Below are positions 1 to 9,241 of a DNA stretch of 64,000 bases, piece by piece; the stretch's first letter is position 1, and every line of letters begins with the position of its first letter. The stretch comes from a virus (Duplodnaviria > Heunggongvirae > Uroviricota > Caudoviricetes): positions 1,035 to 65,034 of the IMG/VR virus record IMGVR_UViG_3300033153_006865. One strand, given 5' to 3'. The position numbers and the translations under genes are program-made. The notes below the pieces were generated by a model. That model saw only the letters and a program-made list of their open reading frames with translations, had not been told where the DNA came from and searched no databases.

Positions 1-2
1 AT

Positions 3-284
3 TTGGTCGAGTATCCACCTGAACCTGGTGGAAAACGAAATCACCCAGACCATGAGGGTTATATCTCAATGTCTCCAAAAGATGTTTTTGATAAATACTA
101 TAGAAAATCAGGATCCTTTTATGATAGATTAGTAATTGAACATCTCGATTTATCTGAAAAGATAAACAAATTGTACGGAGCTCTGAAGGGAGATAAAGTC
201 CCCGAAGATCAGTTTGAAATCCTTGAACGCCAACTTGAGGCAATGGGGGATTATCAATTCATCCTCAAAGAAAGATTAAACTAA
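3..284 (+). CDS. hypothetical protein (5'-truncated at window edge)
   Basis: ORF open to the window start; no recognisable motifs. Confidence 0.35.
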   Translation: MVEYPPEPGGKRNHPDHEGYISMSPKDVFDKYYRKSGSFYDRLVIEHLDLSEKINKLYGALKGDKVPEDQFEILERQLEAMGDYQFILKERLN

Positions 285-365
285 TAGATGAAGCCTCGGA
301 TTATCCCGGGGCTTTTCCGTATGTAATAGAAATAAAGTTACTGTTTTCTTGTTTTTCCGGATTTA

Positions 366-566
366 ATGTTTTACATTCGCCGTATGTTTAATATACCAAC
401 AGAGGAAGAAATGATAGTGATCCGGGAAGAGGAGGGGCGAATAACTAGGCTGGAGGTCGATAGCAAGATACTTCAACATCTCAGGGATCACGTTATGACA
501 TCCGATGTTGTAAAGACATATATCGATAAGAATAGAAAAAGATTAAACAAAAAAGAGGGGATATGA
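366..566 (+). CDS. hypothetical small protein
   Basis: 66-aa ORF whose stop overlaps the DHFR start (ATGA overlap). Confidence 0.3.
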   Translation: MFYIRRMFNIPTEEEMIVIREEEGRITRLEVDSKILQHLRDHVMTSDVVKTYIDKNRKRLNKKEGI

Positions 567-1081
567 GAACGAACTTAATAGTGGCAACCGGAATCAATGG
601 GGAAATTGGAAAAGATAATGATCTCCTATGGAAGAAGCAGCGTGCTGATATGGCAATGTTCAAAACATTGACTAATGGTGCAACTGTTGTGATGGGGAGA
701 AACACCTGGGAGTCTATCCCTGAGAAGTATAGACCACTGCCGAATAGGATTAATATCGTTGTTTCTACAACACTTAAAAATATTGAGGGTGCAATCGTAG
801 TAGCCTCGATAGAAGGGGCAATTGACAGAGCGAAAGAGGTCAATACTACCGAATTATGGTTCATGGGTGGGGAACGAATCTACGAAGAAGCAATTAGAAT
901 GTGCGATCGTCTGTCAATTACTATGATACATAAGGAGTTCCCAGACGCAGATGTCTTCCTTGAAGAAGCAATCAACCCAACAGAATTTGGATTCGAATTA
1001 GTATCATCATCATCAAAGTTTTCAGCAGATGATGGAAATGAGCATGATTACACATTTGAAATGTGGGAGAAAGTAATATAA
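563..1081 (+). CDS. folA: dihydrofolate reductase
   Basis: 172 aa with N-terminal LIVA..NG.IG.DN.LLW and VVMGRNTWESIP...RPLPNR.NIVVS, the classic DHFR fold signature. Confidence 0.9.
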   Translation: MRTNLIVATGINGEIGKDNDLLWKKQRADMAMFKTLTNGATVVMGRNTWESIPEKYRPLPNRINIVVSTTLKNIEGAIVVASIEGAIDRAKEVNTTELWFMGGERIYEEAIRMCDRLSITMIHKEFPDADVFLEEAINPTEFGFELVSSSSKFSADDGNEHDYTFEMWEKVI

Positions 1082-1113
1082 AGTAAAAACGTTTAAACTA
1101 AAACTTAAGAGAT

Positions 1114-1479
1114 ATGAAAAAATTTGTTACAATACTTCTGGTACTTATTGGGTCTATATCATTTGGACAAGTGAATATGGATGTTATTATTGAGTCTGGA
1201 GATACTATAGTCCACAAGGATTTAATAATGTTGGCTCCACGCCTTGATACATCTTCAAATGTTTTAACAATGGAACATTTCTTTGAGGGCGGTTCAACAA
1301 TTACTGCTAAGTACTCGTTAAAAAACGAAGCCGAGGTAGGGGAATCTTTAGTCTTACTAGCTGAGAATAGTACAGGTAACTTGGTATACATTATAATCAG
1401 CAGTAATGGAAAGGCGATAAGAGTTGCAGCTCCAGATATGTCGTATGTCCAATACAATGGAAAAGGCATCATTTGGTAA
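1114..1479 (+). CDS. secreted hypothetical protein
   Basis: N-terminal signal peptide MKKFVTILLVLIGSISFGQ. Confidence 0.5.
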   Translation: MKKFVTILLVLIGSISFGQVNMDVIIESGDTIVHKDLIMLAPRLDTSSNVLTMEHFFEGGSTITAKYSLKNEAEVGESLVLLAENSTGNLVYIIISSNGKAIRVAAPDMSYVQYNGKGIIW

Positions 1480-1501
1480 TATAATTCTAATTAAGGACCA
1501 A

Positions 1502-2035
1502 ATGGAATCTAAGAAAAAGTTGAATAGAATTGGTAGGATAATGACCTACCTTCTACGACACAACCCAAAACAAGGACAACTGGATATGTCAAACCAAGGA
1601 TGGGTTCCGGTATCCCAACTTAAGAAGTCATTAAAGATAAATCAAGATGACCTAGATTATATTGTTTCAAACGATAATAATGGCAGATTTTCATTTTACT
1701 CAAACAGGGGAATGGTACGAGCAAATCAAGGTCACAGCCTCCCCTTTGTAAAAATAAAGTATGATAAGTTTCTCCCAACGGGACCTTTGTATCATGGGAC
1801 TGCAACAAAAAATATTAGCCCTATCCTACGGGGCGGTATTGAAAAGTTGAATCGTACACATGTACATTTATCTCATGATAGGGAGACAGCCACTACTGTG
1901 GGTAGTAGACATGGAGCTCCACTAACCTTGAAGATAGATGCAGTACAAATGCACAAAGACGGGGTTGAGATTTTTATCAGCGAAAACAATGTTGTTTTAA
2001 CAGAGTATGTTGATCCAAAATATATTGTACTATAA
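1502..2035 (+). CDS. RNA 2'-phosphotransferase Tpt1/KptA family
   Basis: Motifs RIGRIMTYLLRHNP...GWVPV, RANQGHS and HGT...VHLS match the KptA/Tpt1 family. Start taken at the internal ATG 1502 to avoid overlap with the upstream gene. Confidence 0.75.
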   Translation: MESKKKLNRIGRIMTYLLRHNPKQGQLDMSNQGWVPVSQLKKSLKINQDDLDYIVSNDNNGRFSFYSNRGMVRANQGHSLPFVKIKYDKFLPTGPLYHGTATKNISPILRGGIEKLNRTHVHLSHDRETATTVGSRHGAPLTLKIDAVQMHKDGVEIFISENNVVLTEYVDPKYIVL

Positions 2036-2048
2036 AAAACACGAAACT

Positions 2049-2156
2049 ATGAGTTACCAAAAATGTCCAATTTGTTGTGGGTCAGGGAGGGAGAGTATAA
2101 TAAATGGGGGCTCAGTTCCATGCCCAACCTGTAACGGCTCGTCAATAATAGATTAG
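2049..2156 (+). CDS. small zinc-ribbon protein (35 aa, below ORF-track cutoff)
   Basis: MSYQKCPICCGSGRE...PCPTCNG with two CxxC pairs; fills an intergenic gap. Confidence 0.3.
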   Translation: MSYQKCPICCGSGRESIINGGSVPCPTCNGSSIID

Positions 2157-2194
2157 GTAAAGATCTACTTAAAATAAGTAGAGGTGGATTTTCA

Positions 2195-2326
2195 ATGACA
2201 GGGACTTACGCTGAGCTGGTCCAATATTTTAAAACTACAGGATACGAAAAGGTAAGGGTTTCCACTATTGTAAATGCAGTAACAAGAAAAATAAATATTT
2301 ATAAACATAAAATAGAAAAACTATGA
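2195..2326 (+). CDS. hypothetical small protein (43 aa)
   Basis: ORF whose stop overlaps the start of the next gene (ATGA). Confidence 0.25.
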   Translation: MTGTYAELVQYFKTTGYEKVRVSTIVNAVTRKINIYKHKIEKL

Positions 2327-3138
2327 GTCGTTATTTCCTGGATACAGAGTTCCATGAATATCCTAAGAAAAGGCTATTCGGAAAAGCAATTAATACTATA
2401 GATCTCATTTCTATTGGAATGGTGTCTGAAGATGGACGTGAATACTATGCCATCTCAAAAGACTTTAACCTAAAGGATGCTTGGAATAGCTGGCAACCAA
2501 AATCACAAAGAGTTAGTGATACTAATTTCATCACAATTAAAGAATATTGGCTTAGAGAGAATGTGCTGTTGCCAGTATTGAAAGATTTAATGAACCTAGA
2601 GCACATTGATATGTTTGGCACCCCCATTATGGAGTGGGAATGGGAGACTATTGATACATCAATAAAAGGGATGAGCTATAGATATTTAAAAAGGTTACTG
2701 AAAAAATACGGTAAATCAAACAAAGAAATAGCTGAAGAGATAATTAAATTCACGGAGCCCAGATTAACAGGAAAAGTATTGTTAGTTGATCCTCCGATAA
2801 ACGAATATGACAACACCCCTATTGAATTCTATGCTTATTACGCTGACTATGACTGGGTGGTATTTTGCTGGCTATTTGGTAGGATGATTGATCTTCCGGA
2901 CGGTTTCCCGATGTATTGCAAAGACCTGAAACAGATTTCTGATGAGGTCTATGAAGAGAAGAAAAAGTCTTACTATGGTAACTCTAAGGAACAGGCAATA
3001 AAACATTCTGGAGTATTTTTAAATAAGATGAGCGACCATTTAGATTATCCCAGACAACAAAACGAACATAACGCATTGGATGATGCCAAATGGGATTTTG
3101 AATTATATAAATTTTTAACCGGAATAAAAACAAGATGA
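2323..3138 (+). CDS. DEDDh-family 3'-5' exonuclease
   Basis: Exo I YFLDTEF, Exo II YYADYDWVVF, Exo III HNALDDA (H-x4-D). Confidence 0.7.
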   Translation: MSRYFLDTEFHEYPKKRLFGKAINTIDLISIGMVSEDGREYYAISKDFNLKDAWNSWQPKSQRVSDTNFITIKEYWLRENVLLPVLKDLMNLEHIDMFGTPIMEWEWETIDTSIKGMSYRYLKRLLKKYGKSNKEIAEEIIKFTEPRLTGKVLLVDPPINEYDNTPIEFYAYYADYDWVVFCWLFGRMIDLPDGFPMYCKDLKQISDEVYEEKKKSYYGNSKEQAIKHSGVFLNKMSDHLDYPRQQNEHNALDDAKWDFELYKFLTGIKTR

Positions 3139-3332
3139 AATTGAGAAGATTGTGGATAGAGTTTCTACTTTGGAGACTGTCAAACCAGTACACCCAATTG
3201 GATATCGACCTTGTGTGTGGAACACGTGGGATGAGTAAGTCATTAGACTACTCGGCCTACAAAGTCAGAAAAGATAAACTGAGTAAGAAACATATCATTT
3301 TATTAGAACGTTTAAAAGATCTCCAACAATAA
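3135..3332 (+). CDS. hypothetical protein
   Basis: 65-aa ORF, start and stop overlap neighbouring genes. Confidence 0.3.
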   Translation: MKLRRLWIEFLLWRLSNQYTQLDIDLVCGTRGMSKSLDYSAYKVRKDKLSKKHIILLERLKDLQQ

Positions 3333-3844
3333 TGGAAAATAAATATTACACACCGGAGGAAGAAGAATTCCATGTAGGACTTGAGTACGAATATAGACAT
3401 ATTCTATGGTTGGTGACGGCAACCATAACGAAACACCCCTTTTATAATGATGACCGATGTGTTGAGCATGGCGAGTTAAAACAAAAAGATGGACTTAGGA
3501 CTTTCTATGCTTGGATAACTCAAACGTTTACCGAGAGGGGTGTTTTAAATAAAGGGGAATATCGAGTTAAACGCCTCGACAGAGAAGATATAGAGAGTTT
3601 GGGGTGGGAGTGCATTGAAACTGAAAAATCTCCATTCACACATAATTTACTACATAAATTCTACAAGAACAAGGAAGAAGGATTTAATACAGGTTCAAAT
3701 TACTACATAGACTTAATGGATTCAAATATAGTAAAAATTACTATAGATATCTACGGTGAGTATGGCACTACCATCCAGCTAATGGAATTCATTATCAAGA
3801 ATAAATCCGAACTTAAACGTATCCTCAAACAAATAGGAATATGA
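3332..3844 (+). CDS. hypothetical protein
   Basis: 170-aa ORF in an operon-like array. Confidence 0.45.
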   Translation: MENKYYTPEEEEFHVGLEYEYRHILWLVTATITKHPFYNDDRCVEHGELKQKDGLRTFYAWITQTFTERGVLNKGEYRVKRLDREDIESLGWECIETEKSPFTHNLLHKFYKNKEEGFNTGSNYYIDLMDSNIVKITIDIYGEYGTTIQLMEFIIKNKSELKRILKQIGI

Positions 3845-4146
3845 GCAAGGAAGTAATATTTGGATTTGAAGACAGCCTCGGTAAAAGAATAGGTTATTCT
3901 GTATGGTGCCCCGGATGTGAGAGATATCATGGAATATGGGTGTATAGCCCAAATCCAACTACTGGAGCAAAATGGAAGTTCAACGGGAATCTGGTAAAAC
4001 CTACATTCAGTCCCAGTTTACATGTTGAGCGAGGAACAAAGAGTACCTGCCACAGTTACATCCGGGACGGCAACTGGGAGTTTCTTCCTGACTGCCACCA
4101 CAAACTAAAGGGCCAGACAGTCCCACTTGTTCCAATAAGAGATTAA
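3841..4146 (+). CDS. Cys/His-rich putative zinc-binding protein
   Basis: CPGCERYHG...CHSY...DCHH conserved Cys/His pattern. Confidence 0.45.
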   Translation: MSKEVIFGFEDSLGKRIGYSVWCPGCERYHGIWVYSPNPTTGAKWKFNGNLVKPTFSPSLHVERGTKSTCHSYIRDGNWEFLPDCHHKLKGQTVPLVPIRD

Positions 4147-4166
4147 TTTAAAACCAAATAAAAACT

Positions 4167-4376
4167 ATGAGTAATAAAAAACAAACAGCAAAAGTAGTAT
4201 GTAAGTTTAACAACGGAGAGAAAATGGAAATAGCCATCTTGGATGAAGGAGCTGATTTTTCAATGTCTATCAAACAACCAAACCCAAATCCAGAAATGTT
4301 TGAAACAACTTCCTCCATCACATTCACCTCTCCTGGTGGAGAAACATTTGAAATAAGTGTAGAGTTATCTGATTAA
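4167..4376 (+). CDS. hypothetical protein
   Basis: 69-aa ORF followed by a terminator. Confidence 0.4.
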   Translation: MSNKKQTAKVVCKFNNGEKMEIAILDEGADFSMSIKQPNPNPEMFETTSSITFTSPGGETFEISVELSD

Positions 4377-4420
4377 ATACAGATAATCATTAGTATCTGC
4401 TCTACAGCAGATAATTCACC

Positions 4421-4452
4421 AATCCCCATTACATAACGTTTTGGGGATTTTT
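4421..4452 (+). terminator. intrinsic terminator hairpin
   Basis: aatcccca-(13 nt loop)-tggggatt followed by ttt; preceded by a second hairpin tatctgct/agcagata at 4393..4412. Confidence 0.6.
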
Positions 4453-4524
4453 AAACAAAATTAAGTTCTATATGGAAAACAAAGAATTAATACATTACGG
4501 TTTTGGATCAGAATATCTCCCAAA

Positions 4525-5514
4525 ATGGGTACGAAGCAAGCGTTAAGAGAGATATACCAAAACTTTCTAGACTTTGGTCAATATAATGAAGAGATGATTA
4601 ACTTGACTGAATCAGGGACGCCTGATAGAGTGTTAGTCAAATTGTCTAGTGAATACAATCCGGAGAATTTAGAATTCCTGAGGATAGGCAATTCAAATAA
4701 AAACGGGAATTCAAGTGCCATTGGAAAACACGGAGAAGGATTAAAGATGGCTTTCCTTATTCTGCTCAGACAAGGGGATGGGATAAGGATAACGACTGAC
4801 AAATACATTATTGAGCCCTGTTTCTACGATTCCGGGAGTATTGGAAAGTGTTTTGGGGTACAATATACCCACCACGAAGAAGAGCATAAGTTCACTTTAG
4901 AATTTGAGTGCCCTAAATCTGACTTCTTGGATTTTCACCAGGGTATTATAGGGGAGGATGATTACCTATTTACACTTCCTGGTCATGGAAGTGTGGTCAA
5001 TAAGGAGAAGGGAAATATTTATTCAGGAGGACTGTTTGTATGCAACTTAAAGAATTTCACCCAATCCTACGACATCCCACCTAACTATCTCCCGTTGGAC
5101 AGAGATAGGGAAGTCCCAAGATCATTTGATGTGGCCTACCACAGCTCCAAAGTGGCTGAGGCATTCGACCAGTGGGATATCGAAGATATTGGAGCAAATG
5201 ACACATCGTATATAGACAAGGTTCCAGCAAGGGTAAAAGAGAAGATCCGCCCTGTTCGGGTCGGTAACAGTGTGGAATTTGTAGCCAAGGATAAAAACAA
5301 TCAAGATAAAGTAATTACTAACTCCGCCATCACAGATGTTTTAAAACGGGATAATTTTTTCCAAAAAGCAATTAAGAAGATTAAGCATGCCATTATTAAA
5401 AATCTAGGTTTGTATGATCTATTGGTCTCATTTCAAGAGAAGCATGTGCATAGCCAAGAAGCTATTGAGGATTTTAAAGATATCCTTGCTATGGTCAAAA
5501 AGTCTAGTAAGTAA
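4525..5514 (+). CDS. GHKL (Hsp90/His-kinase/MutL-type) ATPase-like protein
   Basis: N-box-like EIYQNFLDFG and G-box-like IGNSNKNG...GKHGEGLKMAF spaced as in a Bergerat fold. Confidence 0.5.
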   Translation: MGTKQALREIYQNFLDFGQYNEEMINLTESGTPDRVLVKLSSEYNPENLEFLRIGNSNKNGNSSAIGKHGEGLKMAFLILLRQGDGIRITTDKYIIEPCFYDSGSIGKCFGVQYTHHEEEHKFTLEFECPKSDFLDFHQGIIGEDDYLFTLPGHGSVVNKEKGNIYSGGLFVCNLKNFTQSYDIPPNYLPLDRDREVPRSFDVAYHSSKVAEAFDQWDIEDIGANDTSYIDKVPARVKEKIRPVRVGNSVEFVAKDKNNQDKVITNSAITDVLKRDNFFQKAIKKIKHAIIKNLGLYDLLVSFQEKHVHSQEAIEDFKDILAMVKKSSK

Positions 5515-5532
5515 CTGGTATCTGTTGTGGGC

Positions 5533-5596
5533 CTGCATAATCACGTTATGCAGATATTATAAGATTCTCCTTACATAATGTTTGGGGGATTTTTGT
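5533..5596 (+). terminator. terminator region (hairpin plus GGGGATTTTT element)
   Basis: ctgcataa-tcacg-ttatgcag hairpin, then ttacataatgtttgggggattttt, which repeats the element at 4431..4452. Confidence 0.4.
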
Positions 5597-5606
5597 AAAG
5601 TAAACT

Positions 5607-6155
5607 ATGAAAAGTAAAAGATTAATATACGCATTAAAATGCCCCATCACTGATGAGATACACTACATTGGTAAAACAATACAGGGGATGACCAAGCCAC
5701 TACAACATCTGAGTAAAAGTCATTCTGATAAAGTAAAAGCTTGGGTAGGAGAGTTAAAAGAACTGGCACATGCCCCAAAGATTCAAATATTAGAAAACCT
5801 GAGTAGTGTTGATGACCTAGATAGTAGAGAAAGATATTGGATTAGAAAGAGTGTGGAGAATGGAGATTTACTTCTTAACGATTGTCTGGTATCCCCAATT
5901 ACCATAAGCAGGTCCCTTGAGAAATTGATGGGGAGCGATAGAGGTAGGGAGATGGAAGTGATCGGGAAATTTGTTAAGGAGAGAAGGAAATTAACCGGAC
6001 TCTCTCAAGAGAGGTTTGCAGATATGACAGGCATAGCCTTAACGGTTGTCCGTAAAATTGAACAAGGTAAATCAAATCTCAGTCTTAAAAGCCTTTTACA
6101 AACCCTCGAGATGTTTGGATGTACCATCGGTATACAGAAAATCAATAGGGATTAA
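5607..6155 (+). CDS. GIY-YIG endonuclease with C-terminal XRE-type HTH
   Basis: LIYALKCP...HYIGKT (GIY/YIG), RERYWIRK and LLN, plus C-terminal LSQERFADMTGIALTVVRKIEQGK helix-turn-helix. Confidence 0.7.
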   Translation: MKSKRLIYALKCPITDEIHYIGKTIQGMTKPLQHLSKSHSDKVKAWVGELKELAHAPKIQILENLSSVDDLDSRERYWIRKSVENGDLLLNDCLVSPITISRSLEKLMGSDRGREMEVIGKFVKERRKLTGLSQERFADMTGIALTVVRKIEQGKSNLSLKSLLQTLEMFGCTIGIQKINRD

Positions 6156-6333
6156 AATTAGGCTCGTCAGGAGACCTTCTCCCAATCCACGTATAAACAG
6201 ACCACATATTGTCTAAAGAGCTACCCTAATAGCCAGAATGGGCTAAATATTGTCTGTATAGACACTATGGTAGCAAGTTATCATCTTTTAATTAGGTTAG
6301 GTTTAAATATGTTATACTTTTATAAAAAATCTT

Positions 6334-6669
6334 ATGATAAGAATCTATAATAATAGAATATTCATCCCAACTTTTACAGAACATGTAAAATGGCTGATTG
6401 AGAACTCAACCCACGAGTTGTACATAGTCTATTTAAACAGTAAGAACCTGGAGAAGGAGGAAGTTAATAAGCATAACTATATTCGACTATGTAAGGAAAT
6501 TGACAGGTGCAGGGAAAAACAAATTGGGGGAGATCAAATATTTATGGTGGAGGATATAGGGGAACTAACAATGACCCATACAAGAAACTCTTATCAAGAG
6601 GTGGGTATAAATTACAGCTCCTCTATTGAAGATTTTAGGCATCTCCGGTTTGGGAGTAAAGACTATTGA
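6334..6669 (+). CDS. hypothetical protein
   Basis: 111-aa ORF. Confidence 0.4.
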   Translation: MIRIYNNRIFIPTFTEHVKWLIENSTHELYIVYLNSKNLEKEEVNKHNYIRLCKEIDRCREKQIGGDQIFMVEDIGELTMTHTRNSYQEVGINYSSSIEDFRHLRFGSKDY

Positions 6670-6872
6670 CAAAAGAGCTAATCTTTTGGGTTGCCCTAAC
6701 TCTGTGACAAAATTAAATAAAACTACTCTTATTCTATTACAAGGATCGGCTGGGCAGTCCCCACCCTAACAACAATCCAATTAGATTATCTATTATCATA
6801 CTTATCAGGTTGGCCAGATCCAACCTATCCTAAGTGATACGCAATGGTTCGTAAATATCCGAATGTGACCCT

Positions 6873-6931
6873 TAGTAAACACATATTGCATAATAAACTA
6901 GTATGGGCTATTATGCAATATGTGTTTACTA
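6873..6931. repeat. perfect 21-23 bp inverted repeat with 13-nt spacer
   Basis: gtaaacacatattgcataata ... tattatgcaatatgtgtttac, immediately 3' of the convergent HNH gene. Confidence 0.85.
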
Positions 6932-6933
6932 CT

Positions 6934-7431
6934 TCAATATGACATGAAGTAATCACCCATTTCAATCTCTACTTCGGTTCTTCTGTCCTGGGCCTGCTGT
7001 AAAGTATCAAACACTTCTCGTATTACATTTTTTATGCGTAGAGTATATCTACTCCCTCTTTTCTCAATGCAATAAGTACCATCTTTGAATCTATCAGTAT
7101 CCTTCAGCCTATTGAGTCTGTGGGATATAATTTGGGAATTCACTAATCTGTTGTCTTCCTTAATTTTATTTATATGATCGGTAACATACCGTCTACCATC
7201 TGGATGAGACCTATGTGGGAGAAACGTGTTTGTAACCATATTATGGATAAACATATATCCCTTATGGGTATCAACTGTTTTATACCCATCCTTATGTACT
7301 CTTCCAACTAAATATCTCCCAGTAGATATATTCTTAATCCTACCTAAAGTACTTACTAGGTATACATTATCTAGCTTTGGTACAAAATCCCATTCTTCCA
7401 TAATGTAAATATAAGGATTATTTTTAAGCAC
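6934..7431 (-). CDS. HNH homing endonuclease (NUMOD4/HNH_3-type, I-HmuI-like)
   Basis: WDFVP..YLVSTLGRIKN..TGR...GY..V-H..V...F....V.HIN.IK.DN...N; opposite strand to neighbours. Confidence 0.7.
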   Translation of the reverse strand: MLKNNPYIYIMEEWDFVPKLDNVYLVSTLGRIKNISTGRYLVGRVHKDGYKTVDTHKGYMFIHNMVTNTFLPHRSHPDGRRYVTDHINKIKEDNRLVNSQIISHRLNRLKDTDRFKDGTYCIEKRGSRYTLRIKNVIREVFDTLQQAQDRRTEVEIEMGDYFMSY

Positions 7432-8778
7432 TCTTATTTATTTTACAAATATCCCGTGTAAAAATAAGAAATTGGGCTGTTTCTATGCTGTTTGGACAGT
7501 TTATATGTTGGGGAGATATATGTCTGTAACCCTTACTACTATTGGGCTGTATAAATTATATGCAAATAATTAGCAAGTATGAAAGTGAGATTGGGTGAAT
7601 TTTTATATGTTTAGTACCACCTACACCCAAACTCCCCCACCCTATTAGAGTTTTGCCCCAACCCCCTATACATTTGAAAAACCAACTTTTCAAAATTTCA
7701 TCCTACAAAACGGAACCACCTATTTTAGTATTTATATTTTATACTCTCTTAATATCTATATACTACCCATAAAGTATCTGAATACTAACCTATCTACTAC
7801 ACACACATAACTATAAAACTACCTACTATTTATGTACATATATACTATAATAATATATTAAATTTAATTTAATTGCGTTTTTATATTGTTTATCCAACTA
7901 ATTGTTGTATATTAGCATAAGCGAATGAGGGGAACGTCCCTATTAACATTTACTAAGTTCTTTTTATATTTTTACCCAATAAGCAAATAGCATACTAGGA
8001 CACAATAGACCAGTCGTCCCCATTGTGAGGACGTGAAATTAATGGTTTGGAAATCGACAAAGCTTTACAGTGTTGAGGGTAAAAATATTAAAAGATTATT
8101 TTAATTCTATACCGTTTTAATTAGGTTTATTGAATTAAAAGAATTATATTTACATAAGCGTTACAAAGGTAACCATTTAGTAAAATTGACATAGGGATAA
8201 CAATATTTTTTTAATAATAACTTGCAAATTATTTGCAGTTCTTATTTATTTTCCTTATATTTGTTAAGAGTTACAAAGGTGGCTTTAATAACATTAGTTC
8301 ATTGACATACCGATTAATCACTTAAGTAGTGACGGGATTAACATTAATACTTTAAGCTTTATTAATATGGGTGCAACGCTCATTTAAGTTTGACGAACTT
8401 ACGAAATGTAAGTTATTATATTAATGCCTTTCTTTATACGGTGGTTCTATTCCTTGAAAGGTCAATTAAGAGTCGTAAGGCTTGAAAGTTGGGGGTTTGG
8501 TTAAGTGTGGCGTAATGTCCAAGGTTTGATAATAAAGAACTGATAGGTAGCCAGGGGTTGAATTCCCTTCATTAGACGTATAGAGAAGACTATACGCAAC
8601 AAAATTATATAATCTGTGCCCTTGTAGTGGTGCTAAAGGATTGAAAGCAAAACTACAAAGCTTTATTGAACGTCATGTTTAATAAAGCCCTAAGTCGTTA
8701 GACAGAATAATATTTGGCAAAGTGTCAAAATCCGTATAGGGTTGAACAAAGAAAATTTTACAAATTAATATAATTGTT
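7432..8778. other. 1.35 kb ORF-free structured region (candidate origin, early-promoter hub or large ncRNA)
   Basis: No ORF of 60 aa or more on either strand. C-rich tracts 7620..7670, extreme AT tract 7700..7900, many local hairpins 7920..8720, repeated GTTACAAAGGT...TTGACATA modules. Confidence 0.5.
8187..8225 (+). promoter_or_regulatory. sigma70-like promoter candidate
   Basis: TTGACA, 17-nt spacer, T/A-rich -10; preceded by GTTACAAAGGT at 8160. A second copy sits at 8271 (GTTACAAAGGT) and 8304 (TTGACA). Confidence 0.3.
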
Positions 8779-9186
8779 ATGAAAAATTCTAAAAATAGTG
8801 CATCGAACGAAAATAAATTAACTGGGCAACAAAAATTAGAGCTTAGAATAGCTAATTTAAAAGAAAGGTCTAAGAAAGAGGGGCTAAACCTTAATGAAAC
8901 TAAGATATTAGCCAATGCTGAGGAAAAAATTGACTGTAAGAGTGCAAGTCGTGTATATAAAGTAATGGACGCTTTGAATAAAACTAAAAAGGGATCTTTA
9001 TTGGGTGGTTCTAAGTTCCCTAGCTTCAAAACGTTCAAAGGATTGCTACCAGAGGGTAAAACATTGTTTAGTGCATGGGATGGGTTCGGAGTTTTGGTAA
9101 AATGTAACAAAAAGGCTGCTATGAAGTCGAAAGTAGACGCTCAAGGCGGTGTTATAGTGGGGAATAATGAATTATTATCTGCATAG
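8779..9186 (+). CDS. hypothetical protein (first gene after the ORF-free region)
   Basis: 135-aa Lys-rich ORF. Confidence 0.5.
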   Translation: MKNSKNSASNENKLTGQQKLELRIANLKERSKKEGLNLNETKILANAEEKIDCKSASRVYKVMDALNKTKKGSLLGGSKFPSFKTFKGLLPEGKTLFSAWDGFGVLVKCNKKAAMKSKVDAQGGVIVGNNELLSA

Positions 9187-9196
9187 TTGTGTATTA

Positions 9197-9241
9197 GTGG
9201 GGTTTTACGTGTAAATGCTTAAGTGGTAACGTAAAACCCCC
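9197..9241 (+). terminator. hairpin (12-bp stem)
   Basis: ggggttttacgt-(18 nt)-acgtaaaacccc directly after the stop of the 8779 gene. Confidence 0.5.

Noticed and set aside
8440-8565. tRNA-like T-arms (ggtggttctattcc at 8441; aggggttgaattccctt at 8543)
   Set aside because: The loops lack the T54-Psi55-C56 consensus (TTCTATT and TTGAATT) and no matching acceptor stems flank them.
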